Notes under the pieces: generated by a model | Seen by the model: the letters and a program-made list of their open reading frames with translations, nothing else | Told to the model about the DNA's origin: nothing | The model's database searches: none | Shown here: one piece after another, positions 39,628 through 51,800 of the stretch | Layout: each line of letters starts with the position of its first letter | Numbering within the stretch: the first letter of the stretch is position 1 | Position numbers and translations under genes: made by a program | Source of the DNA: Azolla caroliniana | Lineage: Eukaryota > Plantae > Polypodiophyta | Direction of reading: 5' to 3' | Length of the DNA: 64,000 nucleotides | Assembly (NCBI GenBank): GCA_043228905.1 | Contig: JBHGNT010000002.1 | Coordinates: forward strand, 28,024,001-28,088,000

Positions 39628-41618
39628 ACAATGGAAGTTCTCACATAAACTCATCAATGAACATCATAACCTCCGATCAATCAGCAGAAGGGAGGTGTAG
39701 TTATCTTGAGGAGGTTAAATACTTGGGATTATAAATTTAACAAAATATATGTATGAACTCCAAGTAATTCCATGTTGATGGAAGTTGATCAGGTAGATGG
39801 TGATTGTTCATTGACCTTTTATGAGAACATGTGCTTGTTGATAGAAAATCGTTAAGTAGCAGATGTAACCAGCATTGTTTTAATTGTCTAGTAAAGAAGG
39901 TCGATTTGTAAAGAGAATTTGCTATCTAAGGTTGATGAAAATAATAAAAAATTAACATTGTGTATTTTGTCATTGTGTAATGTGTTTCATATTTATTACC
40001 TTTGAACATTTCATATATTCTTTGTTTGGTTTCATTATACATTATGACAACCTTTTGAACGAGTATATTAGATATACCCATCAATTTGTCTTATCATGCT
40101 TTTACAAAAACATTTTTTACTGGACAGAGGAAAACATTGTATGGTTTTATCAATGGATTACGAAAACCTTTGAACTACATTGATGAGTTGAGAGATGTTT
40201 TTGTTGTCTTATTATACTTTTCTGAGGGTGGTCCTACGAAAACTGTTTTTTTTGTTAGAAATCGCCTTGTGGTTTTGTTGGTTATTCTGTCAAACTTTTA
40301 GCTGACAAGAAGTGAGCAGTTGAGTATAAATGAAACTTTGCATGTTAAAGCTAATTTATTTGAGCTGAAAGGTTGGTACTTCGTAAGATATTTTGTCAGA
40401 CTACTTTGCTTTTATTAGGATTAAGAAACACAAAAGAGTGTGGGGTATTGGGTGGGAATGAGGAAGATTACCATATTTGTGGCTAACCATAATGAAGTAT
40501 AGTATGGGGGAGCATAAATCTTGGGATCTCTATATGCTGTGGCAATTATTCTCTTCTGTAAACCACTTGGTTAATTTTGCTGATTATTAATAAATGCAGA
40601 TATGGACACACACATGCTCGTTAACAACAGTCCCTTCTGGTTTATGTACTTAAAATTCCACCAATTTTTTAAAACTTGATCCATGCTAAAGATTACATGC
40701 ACAAATCTCTAGAACTGCTTCCTGAGAAAGATCTAACTCTAGAAATATATAAGGGATGATAAATAGAGATAGCACAAAACATTGGGTCACTCTAGATCCA
40801 ATTTAGTAGAAAGAAATCAGATTCTACAATATTGAAGGGACAATGAGATAAGAGTACGAAACACAAACTCTCTAGAATAGGATAGAGATAGTACAAAACA
40901 TCATTACTCTCAGGAAAAAATTTATGAATGCTTGCATTTTGTAGCTTTCTTTAGCAAGGCTTCTAATTGCAGTAGCCTCATTACTTATGCAATTGGAAAT
41001 AACTCAAACTAGGGTTGGCTTTGATGAGGTTACATCAAATGAATCTGTAACCAAAACAAGAACACATAGGCTAATTTTGTATTTCTATTTGAATGCATAT
41101 TCTTTCTTATCCATTTGCATTAACTCTGTAATGAGTCATATAAAAGCAGCATGGATTGAGACAGACATGTGCCAATGTTGGTATCAACTTCCATCTAATT
41201 CAAGGCTTGATTTGTTGCCGTTGCTACCACCAATGGAACACCATTCAACAGTTTTGTATTCACTATCAGCAAGGCTTTTGTTCTCACTCACTTCACATGC
41301 CTTTTTTTCTTTTGTTGGTACTGCACTCTCTGTTTTGATCTCTCACACACACAACGACCAGAACACCCAAACGAATGTGATGATACATTTACTTAAAACA
41401 TGAAATGCCAACATAATTTCTGAACCATATAATACTCAAACACTCATTTTAATGTATTTGATTGATCCTGACTTTTATTCATCATATTACCCCAAAGGGT
41501 AGGCTTATATGACACATCCTTTCATGAACGTACAATTAATGCAAAAAAAGTGTCATTTCCCTACATGATGACCTCTCCTTCTAATGATACAAAATGCCTC
41601 CGTTAAAACCATGATTGA

Positions 41619-43759
41619 TTAATCATCCTTCAGATGTCCAAACCTTTGATTCCATGCTTCTGAAGCTTCCGCTTGACTTTTCAAATTTCCAAATATGAGC
41701 CTTCATCTCTTCTTCTTGTCAGGATCGGAGGATTTCCTGCAGACAGTGTGCACATCAGCACTCAAAAGGAATAAAACCATGCTAAGTAAAAAAGAATTTT
41801 GCCACATTTTCTTTCACACAGCCATGTATGCAATCATAATTTGTTTGTGTTTTGGCAATCAAAGTGTTCAAACTACTAAAGGAAAAATGCAAATTTGCAC
41901 AGGGTGATAAGATGAAAATAATCTGAAGATTAAAAATTTAGTGTCTGGGTGCTTGGAAATGAGCTAATACAATTGAGCGGATAAAAGAGCAAATCAATTA
42001 CAATCAGTACTATTGTGCGTACATATTCATGTTATAAAGATATTAGAATGAATGCAACAATATACAGACGACTCAAGGGAAACAAAAAAGAGAATTGTAA
42101 GGATTATATTTTAAGAGAGCAGGTATGGAGAAGTGTGAAGGACTTATGACTGTATATTTGATTGCTATGCAAAACAGAATTAGACCAAATGAAAGATAGT
42201 CCCAGCTTTTGAGCCTACTTTGGGTTGCTATACAAAACAGATATAGGGCAAACAAAAACCCTTTGCTCTTCTTACCCAAATAAATTGTCCAAAAATCTGT
42301 GCACTCAAAGATTTAAGGACTCATTTTGTATCCATTATGGTAACACTTCATTCTTACTGAAGTAATTAGAAAATAGTCTTCTTTTAGTCAAGAAAGTTTT
42401 TCTCCAGAAGATACTGAGGATGAGAGCATTTTTATTTTCATTAATTATTGGCTTTGATTTGTAAATCACTTTCTACATGGCATGTGAAAGATGTGGAATA
42501 TAAGTTGAACATAAGAAGCTGCATTACATAGCTCAACCATAAAGTTGTCACGCAAGCTCATCATTACTGATACAATAACAGAAAACGAGGAATAATTGCA
42601 AAGCACGAAGAATCATAAATCATCGCAGCAGTGTAAAGTGGAGGGCAAAAAATTTAACATGAAGAATAAAAAATCATTTGCAGCAGTAGAAAGTGGATGG
42701 CAAAAAATTTAACATGAAGAATCAAAAATCATTGCAGAAGTGGAAGGTGGAAGTGGAAAGTGAATAGCAAAAAAATGTACCAAAATGAATCAAACACTGT
42801 TGCAGCAACAGAAAGTGGACAGCTTAGAGAACAATGGAAAAGCGCTTTGAAAAGTCCCTCTGCTGGAAACAGGTATGACTGTTCATTATATTTCAGATTT
42901 TACTCAGATTTTAAAACAATTACCTAGCTAAATCCATCTCAGAATATTAAAGAAGAAGTTGGGTAAACACAAGATGGAGACATGAAAGATGCATGCAGCA
43001 AATTCACGTAGGCCAACACATACTTGTATCTTTGTAAGACCAAAATAGCCTCCTATATAACAAGAAATTTAAGTGCATGTGAGATACGGACACAAATAGA
43101 GATGCACACAGACATAAATAGAATAAAAATAAATAAATCTTTTAACGCGTTAACTGTGACAAATAAAACAAAGCCACATCTCTATGACTATATAACTACA
43201 GCATAGTACATCTTAAATGAGTTTTGAAATTTTGTCAACCTCTTCATTCATATATCACACACTCTACATTTATGGTGTTCCTACACATCCAAAATGGTAT
43301 CTAACAAAACGTACATATATAAACATGAACCGCTTGTGTTTCTATCATTGATGGGCCGACTAAACGAAGATGAAGTATAAAACCAAACGAAAGACTTTCA
43401 ATATTGCTGTGCTTTCTACAATCATTTGGAGACATTTTGATGTGATGTTACCTGTGCTCTTGATTCTGGCAATGTTTTCAAATTAAAGCAATAAAAAAGA
43501 CTGCCCCATTTACTTCTGCAGTTGTCAAATATACCTTCCCTATAATACTCTTTCACTTGATGAAAAGGTGCTGCGAATCAACAAAGATTTATTAGATTAT
43601 AAAATTAACTTTCAAAAACAGGCATCTCTGCAGACTGTTGACAAGAAGATATAATCATTTACAATAGCAAAACGAAATAGCATCAATATACTTCACGCAA
43701 CTCAAAGGGATCTTCTCTGGTTGTTCTGATTTTTCTCCAGTTTTTCCTGTTTCTTCCAT
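41619..43759 (-). pseudogene. DUF3128 / EMI1 / C22orf39-like twin-CX9C gene with a disrupted last exon (truncated allele or young pseudogene)
   Basis: Exons 43759-43663, 43570-43452 and 41736-41619 give MEETGKTGEKSEQPEKIPLSCVKYIDAISFCYSPFHQVKEYYREGIFDNCRSKWGSLFYCFNLKTLPESRAQEILRS*. In-frame TGA at 41721-41719. After it the family-like QEEEMKAHIWK continues, and with one base removed near 41684 reads KSQAEASEAWNQRFGHLKDD* (TAA 41621-41619). Confidence 0.8.
42590..42830. repeat. Degenerate ~55-60-bp tandem repeat in DUF3128 intron 2
   Basis: gaagaat.a.aaatcat.gcagcagt..aaagtgga.ggcaaaaaatttaacat, about 3-4 copies. Confidence 0.75.
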
Positions 43760-46700
43760 GCCTAAGTTCACAATAAGGATGTTTAATTGGCTGTACACAG
43801 GTACATTTACATTGATTCATGCACATGAACTATCTTTAGATAAAAGGAGTGGTTTTAAACAATACTACAGTAGATTTTTAGAACACAGAAGTGGTCAATG
43901 TACAAAAATTACTGGACAAATAAATTGAATGACAATAACGATACTTGACGTTCAATACAAGGATTTATAGATTTATACAAGGCTGCTTGATATGCAAGAA
44001 CTCATAAACAACAACTTGATAGAAAGAAGACAAGACAACAGAGAGTTATGTATGACAACAAATGCATGTACCTCACAAGAGTGGTGTGATAACTCCAAAT
44101 TTAATTAATTGAGTATGAGAATGATTCATGCAAGGCAACTATGTCTGTGTGTATGAAATTCAACGTTAGAGTTCGCTGTAATAAGATCACAATTTGTGAA
44201 GTATAGCTCCTTCTTTTTTACTTCTTGAATAAACTTTGTATGAAATTGAGCTCTTTGTATATGAAATTCAAGATTGGATATACATATCGATAATATGGCA
44301 ACAATTGGTGAAGCAATTATTCTTCGTATCTAAGACTTCTTAAATGTCCTTCGTGTAAAATATATAACTCTACGAAAAGAGAGGGAAAAAATGAAAGCGT
44401 GGCACAGAAAGAGAGAGGAGGATTGTGTGTGTGTGTGAAAGCCATACCTTGTGAAATACTTCCTGTATCAGAAAAAAATCAAATTACAACATAGGTCGGA
44501 CATAACTGTACAGAGACAGACGAAAGAAATCAGAGAGACGCGTTAACACTTTACACAGGTACATGTAAAAAAGAAGAAGGAAGATTCCCGTTAACGCGAG
44601 TAATATAATGATGGTTTAAGGTTTCGAACCCATGACCAAGGAAGCAAACAGCAGATACTTTTTATTCGTCCCTATTTTTATTAAAATTTAAATCCACGTT
44701 GATGTGGCACAACGTCATTGGTCCGCAAAGGGAGACTACTGCTGATGTGGCACGACATGAATGGTCGAGAAGGGTGATCCCTGCTGATGTGGCATGACCG
44801 CCTTCGGTCCATGCCGATGGTGATGTTGGGTCCAATCACCACCGCAGATGGAGGATCTTTTGTACACCGAAAATTCCGCACAAGATCAATGTGGGGCTAA
44901 AACCATGTGTCAACCGAATACGCTAGTCTCACATTGAGTGCTTTGGATGGAAATCAATGTGGGTGTGGCTTAGATCGAGTGTTTGGATCGACAACCCATG
45001 CCTGATATGTTGCGTGAATGGAAAACCTTGGAACAATCGCCTTTCGTCTCCAAAACCAAATGTTTGTTGTTTGCCAAGAAACTCAAGCTTGTGTGGACAA
45101 TATTACATTTTGTGGACATGACGAGTAAGGCTCAGGCTCACACACATAGTGCCCAAATGGAACTCCATGTCAAACACATGGCACATATGTGTTGGACACA
45201 ACAAAAGTTGGTGTTGGTTGCATATGCCATTGGTATAGGTGCGGAATGTCATCATATGGATGACAAAACTTATGACTATTTTTATGTCTCATGAGGTAGA
45301 CTTTTCTTTCTTGGGGAAGTAAATTAGTGTGGAAAATTAGTGAAGAACCCTTTCTAAATGATTTGACATTATTCTATACATTCTCCTATGTACGCAAATT
45401 CTTGTTTTCACTTTATTCTTTAATGACCTAGCTCTCCATTACCATAGTTTTAGTTGTTGAACTTGGTGTCTCCTATGGGACAACGAAAAAGAAGTTAGAA
45501 CTTGATGTTTATCAAATGCATGTACAATTCAACGTAAGTGGATTGGTAATCACCCTTGTGATGACTCGATAGATTGGACATGACATGGTTTGAGATGCCG
45601 ATATATTTATATTGAGACAATGTGTTGTGAGTCGTGACCATATCAATAGCACAAATATGCTTCTCTCTCCCATGAACATTGATGGAGATTCCTTGAAGGA
45701 ATATATCACTCTATCTCATCTCCGAGGATAATGATAATTTTTATCAATGTTGAAAGATAATGATTGTTGCGTAAAAGTTATATCTTATTCATTCTTTGCC
45801 ACTTCACCTTGTAAGTGTGTACACTGGTTTCCATACATTTTTATCTTTACTTTTCCTTGTTATTCAATAGCACTATTGGCTTAAGGCCTCACTCACTCCT
45901 TTGGATCCTTCTAATCCTATTACAAACAAAAAGTTTTGCCCATCCTTTTTGTTAGCTGTTTCATTTGCCTCAACTTTCTTCATCTCATTGATTCATAATT
46001 TTTTCTATGTTTTGTTTAATCCGTGATACTAGGATATCAAGGAAAATGTTTCTATTTCTCATTGACGTCATGAAGATGTCATCGCAATGCTTTATATCTC
46101 GTATACCCCAAAGGAGACTCCAACAACAAAAGTTTCATTTAAATGTCTCCCTTTAGTAACATTGTCTAATTCTTCATTAGGCTCCATTGGTTTGTATAAA
46201 AACTTATTGAAGGTGAATGAATATATGAATCATGGGAATGAGGGCAATGTACATGAACATATCAATGCTTGTATATACCTCTAGTGGCAATCAAATTAGG
46301 TCCATGTCGACATTCTAGTGATTTTACATGTATTTTCAACCCAAATAACCACGAAATTGAGACATCATCATCGTAAGTTTGTTTCTACTTCACTCAAAGA
46401 CAAAATGTGTCCGAAATGAGGATGGGAATATCTAAAAAGTTAGTACATCAAGACAACGCATGCGAATCTAGAATGATAGGAATAGACGTGCATATATATG
46501 CAAACATAGCATCGAGGGTAGGCAAATGGGGTGCATGTTATATAGCCATTAATGGTAAAATAAGTGCACGAAAGAGTTAAATAAACAAGTTCACAATATT
46601 TTCAAACAAGTGTGACATAAGAAAGCCACAAGAAATAGAGAACATGCATCATACTTGAGTTTAGAACCCAAGTAATTGTTAATCTAGAGTCTATCAACAT

Positions 46701-47557
46701 GCACACAAGGTCATCGGCCTCAACATGCTTCCTCAAATTTCAATAATATATCTTGACATCCAATTGTTCAATTTCCGAATTGCTCAATAAGCGTTCCTCG
46801 CTAATAGTTTCTATATTGCTCCCCAATGTTCCTCGTTAATAGTTTTTTAATTGCTCCCTATGTATTCCTCGTTAATAACTTACCTACCAGCAATTTAGGA
46901 ACCAATCCTTGATTAAGTTTTGATGCCACGATCAAAATGTTTGCACACATATGACCAATGATCAAAATGCAATAGCTAACATTCAAGAAAACATGACCAA
47001 CTTAACTTCTCTTTTACAAACAACACCACACTAAACATTCAAGAAAACATTCCCCAACTTCTCTATTGTGAGAAATTCATGGATGTTTTGAGGTAAGGAA
47101 TGTGTAAACAAAGACCCAAAATACATCGAACAACTCGTAAGAAAAATAGGCAAAATACATACACAATAGAGGCGATCTAAGTTAAGGTACATGTATAAAC
47201 ATAGAACCAATGATGTCCAATTACAATAGGGGTTTTCGACCAAGACTAGGGGTTTTTTGTTCGAAGCAAAACAATTGGAGTCGAAATCGTGTCTTTCGTT
47301 GATAATATATTTGTTCTACTGTGTTGTCTTAGTGGAGACATGCACTCATTGGGAGACAATGCATATATTTTGTAACCAAAACCACGACTTATACAACACA
47401 TTGCCTTGTTTGGCATATATATATATATATATATATCTTACATCTCACATTCTTTGCGTGGACACACATGCGCACACACACACACACACACACACAATGG
47501 CCAAGATACGTCCATAGAGAGGTAAATGACAAAATGACCGAGAGATAGGGCTCGAAT

Positions 47558-47755
47558 GGATGTAGTTCAGTTAGTAAGGTTGCCCAATGGAAACCAGGTG
47601 GTCATGGGTTCAACCCCTACTTTTCACAGTGGCATCTAGTGAATTAAGAGATAGATATATATGAAGTATGTATATAATAGAGAGAGGTGATAAAATTGGG
47701 TTTCAAACCTAGTGCGTATAGTGTGTAACAACTTACCACTAGGGTGTGCCTCTTC
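47558..47755. mobile_element. Two convergent tRNA-derived SINE-like Pol III heads (box A + box B)
   Basis: Plus strand: GTAGTTCAGTTAGTA (A-like, ~47562) and GGTTCAACCCC (B-like, 47607-47617). Minus strand: CCCTAGTGGT (A-like, ~47744-47735) and GGTTTGAAACC (B-like, 47709-47699). No complete cloverleaf. Confidence 0.45.
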
Positions 47756-47864
47756 CCATTGTTTTGTCAATTGGCAATTGCTAGTGAGTATGTAATGTAT
47801 GCAAGTACATATATTAGTATAATTGAGAGAGAAAGAAATGCTAACGTCTTCTAAGGCCAAAATC

Positions 47865-47942
47865 GGCCCATGAGAGAGAGAGAGAGAAAGAGATTATTCA
47901 ATTTTTGTAGTTGTTGGGTTTGGGGTGGGTCATTATTCCAAG

Positions 47943-47986
<44 letters not shown>

Positions 47987-48156
47987 GCCGCCCAAAACGT
48001 CAACGGCAATTTCTTTTCTTCTCTCCCATTCAAACCAATCAACACCAACAAACTCAAATACATACCATCTCATCTCATCTCATCTCATCTCATTCTTCTT
48101 CTTCTTCTTCTCTGCTAAACCCTAGTCTTCTTCTACCTCCCCTCACAAACCCTAAC
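47865..48156 (+). promoter_or_regulatory. Putative kinesin promoter/leader: site II (GGCCCA), CT tracts, MSA-like AACGG core, two telo-boxes
   Basis: GGCCCA ~47866; TCAACGGC 48000-48007; AAACCCTA at ~48117 and ~48148; leader exon donor CCAG|GTATG near 48270. Confidence 0.5.
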
Positions 48157-48844
48157 TCTCTCTCTCTCTCTCTACTGTTCCCTCTTCCTCGTCTTCTCTG
48201 CAAACTCCTCTTTCTTCTCTGTCACACCACTAGCCGACTAAACTACTACTAATCTTCTCCTCCCGCCAGGTATGGATGATGCCACTTCCCATTTGAGAGA
48301 TGTTGTGCTAGGTCTCCATTCCCTTTTATGTGTATTTTCTTTTTGTCTCATCGTTTGACAATGAACATGGATGCGTGAATAACTTGAAATTCCCGTAGCA
48401 AGGAATTTCTTCAAGGGCTGTACTATTTTGGGGTTTTAATGTAGGATCTTGTAGCTAGGGCTTCTGCTCTATCTGAAGTTTCCGGTCGAGTCACCTGATC
48501 TCTTGAGATTGGAAACGGATACTTAATGGTTCATTACTTCATGAACGTATCGACCTTGTAGGGTTATTCGAATTGTGGGCAGTTACCATGGAATCTTATA
48601 TATTTCCTTGTCTTTGGTTGATTGTCATGGTCCCAATCATCCAAACATGACACACAGCATGTAAGTAGAACTAATAGTCTTGTTCGGATTTGTCGTAGGT
48701 CCATGATCAAATATCCTTCTCGTTGATCAATTGATTTTCCTTCACCAATGATTAAAGTATAATTATATACATTTTTATTATTATCTCCTCATGCGTGATC
48801 ACTGCATAATGCATGTATTCTCTCCAAATTGCTGTGTAGATCCA

Positions 48845-51800
48845 ATGGCTGGAAAAAGGTCAGCATCAACAACACCTCAAGGCCATCATACCAACAATCC
48901 TCAGAAGACACCTTCAAAACACAAACCAATTTCTCTGATAAATAGATTAGTTGCTCCAATATCATCACTTGGGGGGATTCTTCAACCTTCACAGTCACCA
49001 GCATCGCCATCAGATCATCCCGTTGAAGTAATAGGTCGAATCCGAGAGCATCCAGAAGGACCCAATAAGCAGTCTTCGCTTAAAGTGTTACAAAATGGGT
49101 CATCGGTTCGAGTTCGGTCAGATCAAGGATACAGGGAATTCACGCTTGATGGCATATCTCTAGCAGAAGATGAAGACCTACAAAGCTTCTATAAGAAGTA
49201 TGTGGAGAGTAGAATTGAATCGGTTAAGGTAGGTGGGAAATGCACAATTATGATGTATGGACCCACCGGGGCAGGTAAGAGTCATACTATGTTTGGTTCT
49301 GCTAAAGAACCTGGTATCGCATATCGAGCTCTACAGAACATACTGGGTGAGAGCAGTGGGAGTCCAGAGAAGAAGAAGATGAAATCGGCAAATGGTTCGC
49401 CCGAAGGATCGGGGAAGAAACTTAGGGTCATCGTTCAAGTGTTGGAGATTTACAACGAGGACATATTTGATTTGTTAGCAACTACCTGCCCAAATGTACC
49501 CAATGGTCCATGGATGAAGCCTCGGGTATTGTCTCAATATTTTTTTTTTCTTCTCAATATTGATCAGGTTTCTATTCTTTTATTTTTGGATTGCTATAAT
49601 AGCTTGTTTGAGCAATGATATTGTTTTCAACCCCTTGGGTTCTGGAAAGTGATTTAGAAAGCCATGATTTTAGGATCAAAGTATTTTGGATGTCCCTGTT
49701 TTTATTATTTTGTTGATATAGTAGCATTGCCTCAGAGCAGTGGTATTGCTGTCTCATCTTTGGGACGTGAAAAGTGATTTGTAAAGCCATATTTTTTGGC
49801 GCAAAGTACTAGTGTGCATGGTTTCAAGCAAAACACGTGAAGGTATTTTTGAACACACGGTGCAAGGTTTCAAATCATAAGATTTACTGGCTCACAATTA
49901 CATTTGCATGTTTAAGTTGAATGTATATGAAATGATTTGTTATTTTGATTGAATTAATTGGGATGTCCGAAGTATCTTTTATATACATTGTATAAGGCAA
50001 TGCCATTGCATTGTGCTTCTGTCTTTTTCTAGTTCTCATTTCCTTCCGATTGGTGGGCTGTAGGCCAGGTTGGAAATCATGGGCAAGAAAGCAAAGAATG
50101 CTATTTCAATCTCTGGTACAAATGCCGATCACATTGCTAAGGAGATCGCAAAAGTGGAGAAACGGCGTGTTGTGAAAAGTACGCTGTGCAATGAAAGAAG
50201 CTCACGCAGCCATTGTTTGGTAATACACCTTGTTTTAGATTGGGATGCTAACCCCTCATTGTATAGAAACCATGACTTTGTTCTCCAGCTCAGTATAATA
50301 TATTCTAGTTTATGATAGAAAAAACGTAAGGCAGATGGTTGTGGACATGTATATACAATCGAAAATGTTTCAAAGAATCGGTTGTGAGCTACACTGTACT
50401 CCTTGCTACCCTATGTCACATGTGCTGATTGTTGATTCTATGATATCCAAGGTTGAGAGAGAGGACAATACTCTGGATGCCATTCTATCTAAATAATGCT
50501 GCTATGAAATTATCATGCAAATATACCAATATCATAACAGAGTGGCATCCAAATAATGATTCCCTTGAGAGGTTATCTGAAAACGTTGAAATTATCTAGC
50601 AATAAGGTCATGGTAATATGCTTGAATTTATGCCATTCTCATATATAAGCTAGCTTATGTATCTATATATTCTCGCTTCGATATGCCACAGTGAAAGTTT
50701 ATCATCATCAACGTATGGCGTTGGTTGGGGGATGTGAAACATGATCATATCATCTAACAGTATGATTTGTTTGTCAGCCAATCATGTGATTAGCATTATT
50801 AAAGCACATGACATTAGGCATATTTGTTATATATAATAACAAAGCAATGCAAGTATGTTTATTTAGGTGATGCTGGATGTGCCAGCTATTGGGGGAAGGC
50901 TTGTGCTTGTTGACATGGCTGGTTCGGAGAACTTGGAACAAGCTGGAATGGGAACAGATTTAAAGATGCAGGTATTGTCATAATCTTTCTTTATATGTTT
51001 ATTTATTCGTAACGTGTGAGTGTTTTAGGTAGGTTTATTAACTTTTTCAACACTTTCTAATTTGTATGCAGACTGGAAAGATCAATCAGGGTAATATTGC
51101 ATTGAAGAGAGTTGTAGAAGCCATTGCTAATGGTGACTCTTATATTCCTTTCCGGGATAGTAAGCTGACAATGCTGCTTCAGGTCATAATTTTTGTCCTT
51201 TACTTTCTTTTGGCCGTATGGTTTATAACAAAGGATCTAACATGAGTATTTACACATTATTAACAGGACTCATTTGAGGATGATGAAGCCAAGATTTTGA
51301 TGATTTTATGTGCAAGTCCAGATCCGAAGGACATGCATAAGACTATCGGCACACTGGAATATGGATGCAAGGCAAAGTGTATCATTCGTCTTCATATGTC
51401 TCCAGTACAAGAAAAATCTAGCGGCCATGAGTCTTCTGTTCTGGAGGTGAGAATACGAGCCATGGAAATCTACATTTCTAAGCTTGAAGCTGAGAATCAG
51501 AATAAAGAGAAGGAGAAACAGGAGATAATGAAGGAGTTGATTTCCTTGAAAGAAATGTTAGCTAAACGGGAGGAAACCAAAGAGAGATGCTCGAAATGCT
51601 GCAATGATGAACTCAGAATCAAGATGGAAAAGACAATAACAGAGAGGCAGAGGGTTGCAGAAGAATTCATCAAATCAGAGAAGGAAAAGCTTGAAGAGAA
51701 GGAGAAGAATCTTGACATCATGCATGAGAAAATGCAGTCTTGGATGAAGGAACTGGAGAGAGAAATTGAGATTCTCATGAAGAGAATTTATGCATCATCA

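Noticed and set aside
41719-41721. In-frame TGA as selenocysteine or a U-to-C editing site
   Set aside because: Land plants lack Sec decoding and reverse editing is organellar. The site is not a Cys position, and a second lesion (frameshift) follows.
44983-47243. ORFs in the DUF3128-kinesin spacer
   Set aside because: No family motif recognised in any frame I read.
47558-47625. Functional tRNA gene
   Set aside because: A and B boxes are present but acceptor and anticodon stems do not pair properly, so it is treated as SINE-like.
48791-48844. Kinesin start at ATG 48791
   Set aside because: It lies upstream of a good acceptor (TGTAG| at 48839) and is probably intronic; ATG 48845 is preferred.
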